Source: Octopus vulgaris (lineage: Eukaryota). Taken from it: 64,000 nt of DNA. A program made the translations under genes and the position numbers. Positions within the stretch are counted from its first letter, which is position 1, and every line of letters begins with the position of its first letter. Below the pieces are notes generated by a model. The model had not been told where the DNA came from. It ran no database searches and worked only from the letters and a program-made list of their open reading frames with translations. Where the stretch lies: positions 149,978,001 through 150,042,000 of the forward strand of contig OX597815.1 in NCBI GenBank assembly GCA_951406725.2, written 5' to 3'. Shown here piece after piece: positions 41,934 through 55,251 of the stretch.

Positions 41934-42242
41934 ATGGTTAAGAGCGCGGGCTACTAACCCCGAGATTCACAGTTCGATTCCAGGCAGTGACCTGAACACT
42001 AATAATAATAATAACAACAACAACAACAACAACAACGATGATGATGATGATGATGATAGCATCGAAAAATACCTTAGGAATGAGAACGCAAGTTCGAAAT
42101 TCCCCAAGACACCTGATGAAGGCTGGAGAGTATATCAGCTGAAACGTTGTGTTAACAACAAAGAAGAAGAGGACAAATATCCGTCAAATGTAAATAATGT
42201 AAATAAGGTACATAATTCCTCATCTCTTATATATAGAACTGT
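41934..42242 (+). mobile_element. SINE family H copy 4 (best-preserved hammerhead module)
   Basis: Partial tRNA head, (AAT)(AAC)(GAT) linker, intact CTGATGA/GAAA core. Confidence 0.88.
42108..42153 (+). ncRNA. Minimal (dimer-type) type I hammerhead ribozyme motif
   Basis: GACAC-CTGATGA-A-GGCTG-GAGAGTATAT-CAGCT-GAAA-CG-TT-GTGTT: stem I GACAC/GTGTT, stem II GGCTG/CAGCT, palindromic ACGT stem III, GUU triplet. Confidence 0.7.
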
Positions 42243-43324
42243 TTTATTTTTGTTATCCTAGTCGATGAGCAAGAACTGTGAGCATCTTGGCATAGCACCA
42301 TCTTTATCTCACTTGAGTTAAGTCCTCTTTTACGACGTGAAGAGATGTGTTCCACAGTGCCTCTCCTTCCAAAACTGTATACATCGACCTTCGACTCTCA
42401 TGATTCATCTGTGCAGGATTGTTATCGCTAGGAATGTCATTATCATTCACAACACTACGAAGATTGGCAAGGTTTCTTCGTTCTAAATTGCAGTTAAAAA
42501 TATATATTCTTTTTGAACAGGTCACATTTTAATCAAGTTTCCTGTGGTAGTTGCCGCTACACAGATCTTGATCTTATTCCTGCTTGTTAGCGCCATATTT
42601 TGTCCAATACCTTGACCGATTTTCCTAGATATCTGCCATTCTTCATAGTTGCAAATGGGAAGAAAAGAGACTCTTCAACCCTGGTCGCGTAAGTTTACAA
42701 CTTAGCCTGTTCGACTACGGTATTGGCTGCCAAATTGCATCTTGTATTCAGGTCTGCCTTTCTCACACGGTCGACATGAGCGACCCTGTACATCATGTCA
42801 ACTCTGCACTATGTGTTTTTGAATTGTTCTATGTCGTATGAGAAAAGTTGATGTTCTTGCGTTTCGTACAGTCCTACTGAAATGAAAACTTGGCAGAAAA
42901 CTTAACTACCTGCGGAGATAGGTGTTTTTCCTTCTCCACTCCTTCCAAATTTTATCTTAAACATAATCAACAGACACATGAGCCTCGTTAGCAATGCATG
43001 TTTGTAGGGCCATACCTTGAATGATTCTAAAGGCTTTAAGTCCCTTTCAGTCACTACTGCATTAGATTCTAACGACTGGCATAGCTGTTCTTTTCAAGGA
43101 TTTTCATTTGTCCATGGAACAAAATATACTTGTACTTGCAGCTTGTACTCTCAGTTTGCCCTTGTAAGTTCTTTGGCTTCAATACCACCCTAGCTACAAA
43201 AATTAGACAGACAGACATATAGATAGATAGACAGACAGAGAGACAGATAGATAGATAGAGAATGATACATATATACATACACATACATACATTCTGCTTC
43301 GACAACCAGTCTTTGTTTTATGTT

Positions 43325-43755
43325 CTTTTCTGCTCTAGGCACAAGGCTCGAAATTTGCGGGGAGAGAGGGGCCAGTCGATTAGATCAACCCCAGTACGCA
43401 GATGGTGCTAAATTTATCGACCCCGAAAGGATGAAAGGCAAAGTAGGCCTCGGCAGAATTTGAACTCAGAACAATAAAGACAAATGAAATACCACTATGC
43501 ATTACGTCAGGCGTGCTAACGTTGCTTATTTCTTCACTGCCCACAAGGGGCTACACAGTGGAGATAAACAAGGACAGACAAACGGATTAAGTCGATTATA
43601 TGGACGCCAGTGCGCAACTGATACTTATTTAGTCGACCCCGAAAGTATAAAAGGCAAAGTTGACCTCGGTGGAATTTGAACTCAGAACGTAGCGGCAGAC
43701 GACATACCGCTAAGTATTTCGCCCGGCGTGCTAACGTTTCAGCCAGCTCGCCTCC
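43325..43755 (-). mobile_element. Two tandem SINE M copies (standard tail plus alternative tail)
   Basis: Family M core twice; flanking repeat TCTTTGTTTTAT at both ends. Confidence 0.85.
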
Positions 43756-43865
43756 TTTCTTTGTTTTATATTGTTGTTGATAATATATTTATTAGCAAAA
43801 AAATGTTCTTTAATCTGAAACAGATAAAAGAACCCGTGACTATATGATTGATGAGTAAGCTACTT

Positions 43866-46050
43866 TATTTTAAAAAATTTGACATAAAGGCATGATGCAG
43901 AGTAGCTTGCAGGCTGGACAAAGACATTGATGAATTTAATAATGATAAGGATGATATTAATGACAGAAGACAAAAAACGCCCGCCCATTTTCTGCTTCTC
44001 TAAAACATTATTCTCTTCTTTTTTTCCACAGAAAAAGACAAAATGTGGTAATGAACCTCTTACTTCAGTTGTACAAATTTTTGGACTAATAGTCCATTTA
44101 AGAATTGGGGCGTTAAGCCTCTTAAACATAATAACATGCAATAAACATTAAACATTGTAACACAGGCTTTTCAAACTCTTGTCATTATTCCTCCCCGTCA
44201 TCGCTTGTGCCCGTATACTCCACCATTCCCCACGCCTCATTCAAGACCAATGCGGAATCCGAGCCAGAGTCGCACGTCCACAAGTGATATTCCTCATTGA
44301 GGTCCCGCAGCCTACGCCCCACAAACACTGTTATGATCTCCACGGCTATCTGCGGAGGCCATTCGGGATACTGTTTGAAGGCTAAAGGTACTCACTTATG
44401 GTGCCTTTCAGCCACCTCTTCTACCTCTTCGCCTCTGTAGAAGAAGACCAATAGTTCCTCTTCCTCCGGGTTCCAGGTAGTCAATTTTACCGTTGGCGGC
44501 ACAGTTTGCCCCAACGGTGTCTCTTCCCCTGCTAATGGCACAGACCCTACCTTCAAGGCTCCGGGACATTCCGGTGCTGTGTCACCGAATGCCGGCAATG
44601 TCCCATTTCTCCACCTTTTCCTCTTTTTTCCTCTCAACTGAGGTAGGGTGCGGCTCCTCTATGACCGGGAGATTCACCTCCCCTCCCTCATCCTTCGGTG
44701 AGCAACCCCTTCCCTGGGGAATCCTCCGTCTTCTCAGCTGCCTTCGTTCCCTTTTTTACAGAAGTCTCAATTGACTGCTCTAGGACACGGTCTTGCTGCC
44801 GAGGACAGTTCTTCTTTATATGGCCAGGCTCTAGGCACCGATGACACTTGGAGTGGAGGCGACCCTTAAGAATCACCGGGTACCTGTAACCGGGCATTTT
44901 CAAAAGATCTGGCATAACCAGATTCATGGCTGATTGGGTCCACATGGTCAAAACAGCTTTTGACCCAACCCAATCACCCACAGGAATAATTTTCACATTG
45001 CGGAGCCTGGTTCCGCTGCCACCCAGACCCCAACGGATAGTATCCTCTATCCACTGGGGTTCAATTTCTGGTGGCAACCACAGACCCACGCCCTCGTCAA
45101 TATTTTCCCACAATAAGTGGAAAGAAACAAAATTTCTTTACTTTCAACGGTTGGCTCGCAAAATTGCGAGCCTCGCCTGGGGTGTCAAAGAGCAACGACA
45201 CCGTTGCATGTTTGACTCCCCTAGAGATATAATTAGTGGTTAACAGATGCTCTGCCAACTCCTGCTCAATCATCTGCTTTGCGAAGACGGCAATGGTGTT
45301 GAGAACATTCGAATACGTTCTCAACACCACCGTCCTCTCCTCTTGCTGTCTGAAGTACTCCTTAGGTGGAACAATCTTCCACTCTACAATGGTTTGAAAT
45401 TAAAAAAATAAAAGGTCCCAAACAATAGTTCAAAGAAATCAAAAAGGAAGAAGAAAAAGCAAACACTTCAATAAAAAAAATTACAATAGAAGAAGAAAAC
45501 AATAGTTCAAAAAACACAGCAAAAAGATCTTCTGGGCATTCAGGTACTCCAAGCCCTTATGGTACTCCAATTAGAACCTGAACTGCACCACATGAATACA
45601 GCTTTCCAACGTAGTTGTAAAATACAAACTATTTGTCACCAAACTAAAATAGGCACTAAATGTCGCCAAACTATATTTCTCACAATGAGAAAAAATGTTC
45701 ACTTCATGTGAACACTTGAAATAGAGTTTTTCAATAATGGTAAATGTTGATGTTGTAAAAAGTGAACAATTTTTGGTTAAAGTTACGCCCACCATGCACT
45801 TCTCACAATGTGAAAAAATTTTCGTTTACTATGAACCATGTTGCTGAACCGCAAGTAGACCAACATGCCGAATCCAGTGAGGATTCCTTGTTTGTAAAAC
45901 ATAAAAGCACAGACAACGACTCTCACCGGGTCCAACAGAAAAGTCCTACCTTGCAGTAGCTTCTTTTGGCAGGCTAAACGCTGCCGGCTAACTTCTTCAG
46001 TGCACAACACACTGACACATGCGCACTCTGATAACAAAGACTCATGGGAA
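43866..46050 (-). mobile_element. ORF1-only L1/Tx1-like retroelement, copy 1, inserted in a SINE A head
   Basis: Frameshifted ORF ~45395-44195: EWKIVPPKEY..ERTVVLRTYS...PVILKGRLHSKCHRCLEPGHIKKNCP (CX2CX4HX4C knuckle). No endonuclease or RT seen. Both flanks are SINE A head sequence. Confidence 0.82.
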
Positions 46051-46795
46051 GTATGCAGGCTACTTGGTAAGCAAGCTACTTACCACATATCCACTCCTGC
46101 GCCTTATGTATTATACATATATATATATATATAACTAATTTAGTTACAAACACATGAGTGAGAGCGTGTATGTGTGTGTGTGAGAGAGAGAGAGAGAGTT
46201 TAAAAACATTTCTTAAACCTTATTTCACGGTCATTATGCAATATTCAATTTAAAACTCTATAAATGATAGAGTTAAGAGTTAATCGTCGAAAGATCATTT
46301 AGTAGCCTGATGCATCAATTATATTGTCATAAATCCAAACATTTTGTATAATTATTTATTGATTAAAATGTAAATTATTGTAAATTGAACTATTATTATG
46401 GGAGCATCAAAACCTACGGTTTATTCAGCTGAAACACGTTATATTGAAGACATGCGATCTAAAATTACTAATGTAATTCAGAATATATCTAAACTTCAAC
46501 TCCAGACAAAATCTCCTGAATTTCAGAATTAGCATCAGTATTTTTGTAATATATGACAGGCGTTGGGGTATACTGAAGCTTAAAAATGTCGTAAATGGAT
46601 ATAAGTAGGAAAAATATATTTATATAATACATAACATGTATATAGATCGATTCCGTCACATACAGACTAAATTATGCAATTCTAATCTTGCAGAAGAATT
46701 ATATAATTTTATAAAAACCGTACATAATATTTATATAATGCATAGATAGAGAAAGAGAGAGGGATAGATAGATAGATAGATAAATAAATAAATAA

Positions 46796-46861
<66 letters not shown>

Positions 46862-47863
46862 TTAGCTAGCGAAGAAGAGAGGGGAGAGACAGATCTGCAT
46901 ATATAAATATATGCATACAGACACACACACAAACAGACAGACAGACATGCATCCACGCCTACATATATGCATTCATGTATACATATGTACATACATATAT
47001 ATATAAATATATGTATACTAAGAAACGAAGTGAGTGAAACAATAGGGCGAAATATATACTCTATATGGAAATAGAGTAACAAAAGCTGAAAGTACAACAT
47101 ACGTATCGCTGGGTCTCACGCTTCCGATTTTTTCAAACCAAACGTGAGCAGATATTCAGGATTTGAACCACGATAGAAAATGTTGTGCGAAAACCCACAC
47201 TTTTTGGAATAGCAGTGTACAAAAAAATTTTTTGTGCATAATCAAATTAACATGAATAACATATTTAAAACTACTATGCAATTTCATTGTATTATCTGCA
47301 GGACTGTAGCGTCATTCACAGCACCAAATCACCCAGCAATACTGAAAGGCCACAGAGAAAAAAATGAAGAGAATAAAAGAAATAATTGAAAGCGGAAGGC
47401 TTTAGTAAAAACAATATTGATTCCAAAACGCTTTTGAAATTTTATTTCATTTATAAAAAACATGTAAGATGACCGCAAGAACCGCTATATTACAGGAAAA
47501 AGTTACATTGAAAACAAAGAATTATACAGAAATCAAGGTAAAATCGGAAACTGTGACTTTCTGTACGTAGTTCTGTGTCTGCTCAGCCTTATAAAACTAT
47601 GTTACGATTTTTTTAAACTTCATATATTGAAATAATCAATGTATTTTTTATGATTATTATTCTTTTTCTCTTTCTGCTACTATATTGAATTTTTTGTTGT
47701 TAAGTATATTTTGTTGTTAAACTATCGCCCACCATGTATGCAGTCAGGCTCTACATAGATAACGCTCCATTTTCTATTGCAAGCCACATTATTTCGCAAT
47801 AAACTCTTGGTATATTTGAAAAGTCCTGTGGCAAATTTTCTTTGTAGACACACACACACACAT

Positions 47864-47900
<37 letters not shown>

Positions 47901-48172
47901 AATGGAGTAAAATGCAATAGAGGGCATTAAAACGTGTGGACAGATAGACGATACATAGAATATGTATACATAGAATGGATAATAGAAATAACAATTAGAA
48001 GGACAGGCAAAAGAAACACAGGTCATTTTTGGCTTTCGTTCATCAGTAAAGTTCCAGAAGTCACGGCCATTTCGGGCAGTTACACTTGAGATGGTTCGAT
48101 ATGGTTGCCCCCAAAAAAGTCTAAGCTGAGAGCATTAGACCGCTTTGTAAGAAAGCTAGCGATTGTGTATAT

Positions 48173-48584
48173 CTATTTCTTTACTACCCACAAGGGGCTA
48201 AACACAGAGGGGACAATCAAGGAGAGACAAACGGATTAAGTCGATTATATCGACCCCAGTGCGTAAATGGTACTTATTTATCGACCCCGAATGAATGAAA
48301 GCCAAAGTCGACATCGGCAGAATTTGAACTCAGAACGTAGCGGCAGACGAAATACTTATTTCTTTACTTCCCACAAGGGGCTAAAGTGAGAGAAGACAAA
48401 CAAGGGCAGACAAACGGATTAAGTTGATTACATCGACCCCAGTGCGTAACTAGTACTTAATTTATCGACCCCGAAAGGGTAAAAGGCAAAGTCGACCTCG
48501 ACGGAATTTGAACTCAGAAGGTAACGGCAGACGAAATACGGCCACGCATTTTGCCCAGCGTGCTAACGTTTCTGCCAGCTATTC
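48173..48584 (-). mobile_element. SINE M dimer with alternative tail, 18-bp TSD
   Basis: Units 48173-48355 and 48356-48580; TSD GCTAGCGATTGTGTATAT / GCTAGCGAATGTACATAT. Confidence 0.88.
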
Positions 48585-48719
48585 GCTAGCGAATGTACAT
48601 ATAAATATAAAGCAGGTATATGTATATATATAAAGCACGATTTACTCGTGGTCAGAGTTGTTCGAAAACCGAGGTACTAGTATGTATGTATGTATGTATG
48701 TATGTATGTATGTATGTAT

Positions 48720-49615
48720 TATTTCCCACGGACTCGCAATGTGCACTTTGTGAGCCGATGTATTGATCTTTTCTGCTATGTACAACAGGATTTTGCTGAC
48801 GGTGCAGAGAAATCCCGTGGACCCTGTATAGTTTTGGTGGCAGCCCGAGCATCTTATAACATAAATCAGGTTTTCTAAAGCACAAGTAAAATCAGATGAA
48901 ATTTTGAATTTTTGTCCCTCTTAGAAAAGGAATTCTGACCTCACTAGAAGGTTTGGGTATTTTGCGCAATTTGGTCGACCACATTTTTTTTTAGTTTTGC
49001 GTCTGTCATTTAATAAATAATTTTGCCATGGTGGGGATCTTTTTAGTGATTTCGGTTGTTTGTGGCTTTTAATGATCCTATGTGTGTGTAAAATGTCCTT
49101 TAATTTGGGGTCCTTATGTAGCATTAGTAAATTTTGGGTGATGATGGTGAAGGCTTCTTTGTTTCTGGGGTTGTATGTGGATATGGACGGCAGTATTTTT
49201 GGGGAAGGTGTATTGCGTTGAAATTTCTTAAAGTCCCTATGTCGATTTGCGTTGGACGTCTGATTCCATCCTCTATGAGTTGAACTAGATAGTGTCTGTC
49301 AATTAGGGTGCTTTTGAGTTCTTGCAGTCGAAAGTCTCTGGTATTTTTCTGACACTATTTTGCATATCCGTCTTGCAAGGTTGAAGGGGATGGTTGTTTG
49401 GTGTACCTTGGTTGGCATGAATTAAACAGTGGATATACTATTTGGCGTCTGTGACTTTGTAAAATACGTCCGTTTCCATTTTTTAGGCTTTTTAAAATTT
49501 AATATATCCAAGAATGGGAGCTCCTTTTCGTTGTACTCCATTGTGAAATGTATGTTTGGGTTGTTCATTAGTCTATTGAGTTTCAGGAGTTTGTGCTTTC
49601 ATTCCAGAGTATGAA
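48720..49615 (-). mobile_element. Penelope-like element fragment (RT thumb, linker, GIY-YIG endonuclease)
   Basis: FTMEYNEKELPFLDI, TIPFNLARR, TYNPRNKEAF, KCGRPNC, ENLIYVIRCSGCHQNYTGST (GIY-YIG). Confidence 0.9.
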
Positions 49616-49693
49616 ACAGTGGTATAGGAATCTGTAATTAGAAATGTAAACTAATTTTAATGATTATAAATGTGTCTATTTACTTCTGTCATG

Positions 49694-49729
<36 letters not shown>

Positions 49730-49734
<5 letters not shown>

Positions 49735-49944
49735 CTCTTTTACTCTTTTAATTGTTTCAGTCGTTTGCCTGCGGCTATGCTGCAGCACCACCGTTAGTTG
49801 AGCAAATCGACCCCTGGACTTATTCTTTGTAAGCCTAATACTTATGCTATCGGTCTGATTCTGCCGTATCGCTAAGTTACGGGGACGTAAACACACCACC
49901 ATCGGTTTTCAAGTGATGTTGCGGAACAAACAAAAGCACACACA

Positions 49945-50001
<57 letters not shown>

Positions 50002-50160
50002 GTGCGACAGGCCTCTTTCAGTTACGGTCTACCAAATCCACTCACAAGGTTTTGGTCTGCCCGAGGCTATAATGGAAGGCACTTTCCCAAGGTGCCACGC
50101 AGGGGAATGAACCCGAAACCATGTGGTTGGTAAATAAGCTGCTTACCACACAACCACTCG
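49730..50160 (-). mobile_element. SINE family A copy
   Basis: Colinear with 11927-12333. Confidence 0.88.
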
Positions 50161-50454
50161 TATAAAATGAAAATAGGAAATACACTAAATATCAGCAACA
50201 AGAACCACTCTAAACTTACTCACACCCTACCTACATACTTTCATGTAAGAATGCTGACAGCGAATGACTAAAGGCTTAAATACTGGACTTTGTAATTTTG
50301 TAATACTTTGTAATACTGTCAAAGCTAATGATTAAATCGAGTAATAGCAAAACCAACAAAAATACTGTCACACCTTGTGCCTAGCTAAATAAGGAGAAAT
50401 TCCTACAGACTTGTTTACAAAGTTCTACATGCATAAATAAATTCTAAACAATAA

Positions 50455-51170
50455 CATTAACAACAATTTAATTAATTAAATAATAAGAGTAGAAATTAAT
50501 ATTATTAAATAATATTGAATAATATCAATTTCGACTAGTGGCCAGCATACTTAAAAACGTCTGAGGACCGTGAATTCTGTTTAAACATAAACTATATGAG
50601 AGATCACTCTATGGAATCTTTGTATGCTACAAATAGACATGAAACCTTCTTGCCATTAAATCTGTGTTCCCAACTTAACAAGACGCTAGATGTTTACGAG
50701 CAAGACAAATGAAAAGAAATAAACATAGTACTTAATTCCATACCTTAAGGTTTCAACAGGAACAATTCAATAATTCGACAGGCAAAATTCAATATAGGCG
50801 CAGGAGAGGCTGTGAATTAGATAATACTATTAAATAATAAAATCAAATAAAAATTAATAAAATTAAATAATAAATGATAAAATTAAATAATAAATGATAG
50901 AATTAAATAATAAGGGTGGAAATTGATATTATTAAATAATGCCATTAAATAATAAAATTAAATAATAAATAATAAAATTAAATAAGAAGGGTAGAAATTG
51001 ATATTATTAAATAATGCTATTAAATAATAAATAATAAAATTAAATAATAAGGGTAGAAATTAATATTATTAAATAATACTATTAAACAGTATCAGTTTCA
51101 GCTGGTGGTCAGCATACTTATAAACGATCGAGGACGTGAATTCTATTTAAACATAAACAATATCAGATAC
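50455..51170. repeat. Direct repeat (~50470-50600 and ~51045-51165) with an AT-rich minisatellite expansion at 50820-51085
   Basis: TAATAAG(A/G)GT(A/G)GAAATT(A/G)ATATTATTAAATAAT is repeated four times; ...CAGCATACTTA...GTGAATTCT.TTTAAACATAAAC occurs twice. Confidence 0.85.
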
Positions 51171-53789
51171 CAGATTTTTCATATTATGTTTAATCAATTA
51201 ACTCTTTCCAAAACACTTCTACGTTACAACCAACTGTAAAAACTTAATTACCACACCACTCAGGTCCACAAACCCAAAGATGTTCTTAAGTCAACGGAGA
51301 CTATACGAGGATAAGACTAACTCTAAGACCCTCGCAGTCCGACGATGGCTTAGCCGGCCAAAACTTCGAAGTCACTGTCAACATTCATGTATATGAATAA
51401 TAAATTACAGAGTAACCCATCATATTTATGTGAAATAGTTATTATAACTGAACATAAAAACAAATATTAATATGTGCATGCGCGCGTGCGTGTAAATTTG
51501 CAAGATGTAAGTAGGGAAATGTACCAATATATTCAAAGAATTTACAAGGAATATAGACACGCCAAAAAGTAATTAAATTGTCGCACCTTTTAAACTTACC
51601 ACCAACCATGATTTTTTTATTCTTCACTATTACCAATATATTTGTTGCTCAGAACAATCTGATTTCTCCCCCGATTCTGCTTATTGAATTTGCTTATTTT
51701 CAAACATGGCACCAATAATAATTCTTAATTTTCTTCATCAATTTATTTAATAAGAATGTGTTTGCGTTTTACATGTATATTACATGGGTTTTACGTGTTT
51801 TCTTCTCTATGAAGCCTCATTGCAGTGGGTTTTTGAAGAATAATATTCCTGAATACCTCCTCAGCGTTTCTCAGAGATCACAAACTCTTCAAGCTGAATT
51901 TGTTATTGTTGTGCTGTTGTTTCTGTTGTTCGACCCTGATCGATCCCCATAGAAGAAGCTTATATAAAACCTTCCAGCCGTGACTATCTTGTCTTATACT
52001 ATGTCTGTGGAACTTAGAGGCGCATTCACCAACATTTACTTTCTAAGACACAATGTTGTTGATGCTGAAATGCTTGACTGCAAATTCTAGATTTTCGAGT
52101 GAAAACATAGACGATCCCTCATTAGCTGTGTGGATAAGAGTATTATTTCCATAATTCAAAAAGAAAACAGCTAAGCTTTACACTCTTCATTCACGTATGT
52201 AAGCACTGTACACAAAATTGCGCTGCTGAATGCAACAATTAGCATGCTTTCAAAGAAATATGCTTCGGTTGGTTAAAAACGGCTTAATTGCCAACTCATT
52301 TCTACCACTAACTTACTGAATAGTTATTTCTTCTTCATATCTTATCTTCGTATATTTTAACAACCTCAAATCCGATGTTGTAGTAGTTTACTCACTATAC
52401 AGCCAGCATGTCCTTCCAGCACTCTCGTTATACCTAACGCTTTCCGTTTCTTATTTCCATCACTGAACACTTCGCTGAATCATCCGCCGCAGTCCCGCAA
52501 AATTTTAGTTATATCGAGCAGACCTATTTATCGACGTAAAATAAGTTTTCACTGACTCTCAGTCGCGTCATGTCCAGTAAATAAATTAAAAAGTTTGAAT
52601 GGGAGTTTTGATGCCTCTTGTAACTAGATTATTTAGAATTGAATAATATATATATTATTTGGAGACCTAGGTGTTGAAAATGTTAATGCTCCTGTTATTT
52701 TTACTGAAAATTTGGTTTTATTTCAATGAAACGCAGAGACGTTCACTTTCTGAATGATATTTTGTAATCCGAATATTACTTGAAAATATATTGACTTGGC
52801 TTCTATTTTTTTTTTTATTAATCAATACTGAAGACATTTTTTCAGCTTGGTTTTATCCCCAATCGCACATACACGCAAGAACTGTCACTAAAACATGATA
52901 ATTCATTCAAATTACTGCATAATGGTGAAGCAAAGTTCGTTAAATTTTGTAAGGAAGCAATTTCACTGAGTGATTTCTCTGTATTTGTCTTCCTATGTTC
53001 TTTTTTCTATTTTTTATTTAATTACTCTACTTTTCACATGTTGCGATACTGATTTGCATCGAGCAATAATCAAGTATTTATTCAAAATAGTTTTATATAT
53101 GGCCATTATCGACATTCTGGTATAATTGCATTTTTATTAAATTCACGCTATTTCAATATCTGAAACGCGGATACGTAGACAGAATCTGACCAACGTTGTT
53201 CACCGTTGTCTACACTTTGAGAGATTATACGCTGCTGTGCTGAGAGAAAGCACGGTGTTTCTTGGAGAAACCCTACACTATACACGAGTTTGTTAACTAG
53301 ACTTTTTTAACATCTTGACTAGAACGAACAATGCAAGTTGTGACTTGACAAGTAGCAGGAACTGATGCATATGTTTGCGTTTGTCTACAATGGGGTTCTG
53401 CAGAATTCTACACGAGAAGTCGACACGCAAGGAATCACTGCCAAAGTTCTTCATAAAATAACAGCTTCAAATCTCATCAAATTAAATTCATAGAGGATTA
53501 TCCACATTTAGATAAAATATATTTGCAAACACGTGGGTGATGAAACGGCGAATAATTTTTATCGTAGTTTCACTTCAAATTATTTATCCTTGTGATAAAT
53601 AACAAACAAAACAGCCGAAACCACAAGAATAATAACAACAACCATATCCACGTTAGCATTTCAGTAATTACCGATAGAAAGAGAAAGTGATATGATTCGT
53701 GGCAAACAACCATTGAATTTATAGGTTGAATCAGTCCTCCAACACATTCTACCTTCTGTGCCAAACACATACGTCACGCTAACAGACAA

Positions 53790-53985
53790 TGGGGTACTGA
53801 AAAATTACTGGCTTTAAGAGTATCACGTAAAGGCCTGTTTGGAAGCCCAAACATTTACAGGACTTAGAAAAGCTGAAAGCCAGCGGCAACAAGTGTGTGA
53901 ATCTGTGAGGGGGAATAATTTGAAAAATCAACTGATGCGCCTGTATTTTCTTTTACACAAAGCCAGGAACTTTTCAGCAATCCTA
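53790..53985 (+). mobile_element. mariner-derived MITE
   Basis: TIRs GGGGTACTGAAAAATTACTGGCTTT / AAAGCCAGGAACTTTTCAGCAATCC; internal GLRKAE..NKCVNL remnant; sister copy at 63686-63891. Confidence 0.8.
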
Positions 53986-54487
53986 TTGGATTATAAATAC
54001 AAAGTTTAAGGAGAAGAATGGTTTTAAAATAAATAGACTAATTAATGGTGACGATTAGCACAGCAACCTCAGGCCAATGAACATGACTTATTTTCCATTA
54101 TATACAATCTCATTTCCTCTGAGAACAACATTGTGTGCTCCACATAGATTTTACTGCAATTCGTAAATATACGAACGATTACATAGCAGATCATGTGCTG
54201 GGTTGTAGAGGAGAGATTAGTTCAGAAAAGGAACGCGTACTTTATTACAGATTATGGATAACCTAAACTTCTAATGTAAGGGAAAGGATAAGATATGAAG
54301 TTTCTAAAGTGTGTGGAATCAGCAGCAAAAACACATAGATGTTTACAGTAATTAGACGATCATCGGACGAAAGATAATTTACCGGCTCTTTAGATGTTCT
54401 ACTTCATTTCTTTCACACCCAATCTTTCTCTCTCTCGCCATTTTCCTTCGCCTTTTTCACATATATGGATATGTGCATGTATGTATG

Positions 54488-54525
<38 letters not shown>

Positions 54526-54533
54526 CACATCTC

Positions 54534-54637
<104 letters not shown>

Positions 54638-54746
54638 AAAACGGAGGAAAAGGACAACAAGACACAACGCGAACACGTGGTGCATGTAAATTATTAATAA
54701 GAAGGAAAGAAAGTGTGTTTTACGTTTCGAACAAAGCTCTTCAACA

Positions 54747-54810
<64 letters not shown>

Positions 54811-54830
54811 TGTGTGTGTGTGTATATGTA

Positions 54831-54886
<56 letters not shown>

Positions 54887-54997
54887 GTATGTATGTATGT
54901 ATATATAGAGTACAGACAGGTATTCTCTGTAGTGCTGTAGAGATTTGAACTTGAGTAGGTAGGGGAGTAAATATAAGAACAACCTAGATAGGCATAC

Positions 54998-55032
<35 letters not shown>

Positions 55033-55122
55033 GAAACGACAGACAGAAAGACATACAGTCAGAGAGGGAGATAGACAGATAGATAGATCGATCGATATAT
55101 ATATATAAATAGATAGATAGAT

Positions 55123-55251
<129 letters not shown>

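Larger units (their letters stand above)
41514..43200 (-). mobile_element. HERO-like (RLE-type) non-LTR retrotransposon remnant, interrupted by SINE H copy 4
   Basis: Minus-strand motifs FKVWPYKHALLTRLM, NTYLRR...SVGLY, LRSV...P..NN, LTQVR*RW, TLRSDFVLNSE and PVEDGCREF resemble HERO RT/RLE motifs (FK.W.YQHG.LPRL; L.QGRY.WRH; LRPD.VL; PVEVGCRGF). Confidence 0.7.

Noticed and set aside
44688-45113. Host zinc-knuckle gene or LTR retrotransposon gag
   Set aside because: Frameshifted, intronless, has a diverged second copy, no LTRs or PBS, and sits in a TSD-flanked insertion; best read as a non-LTR ORF1.
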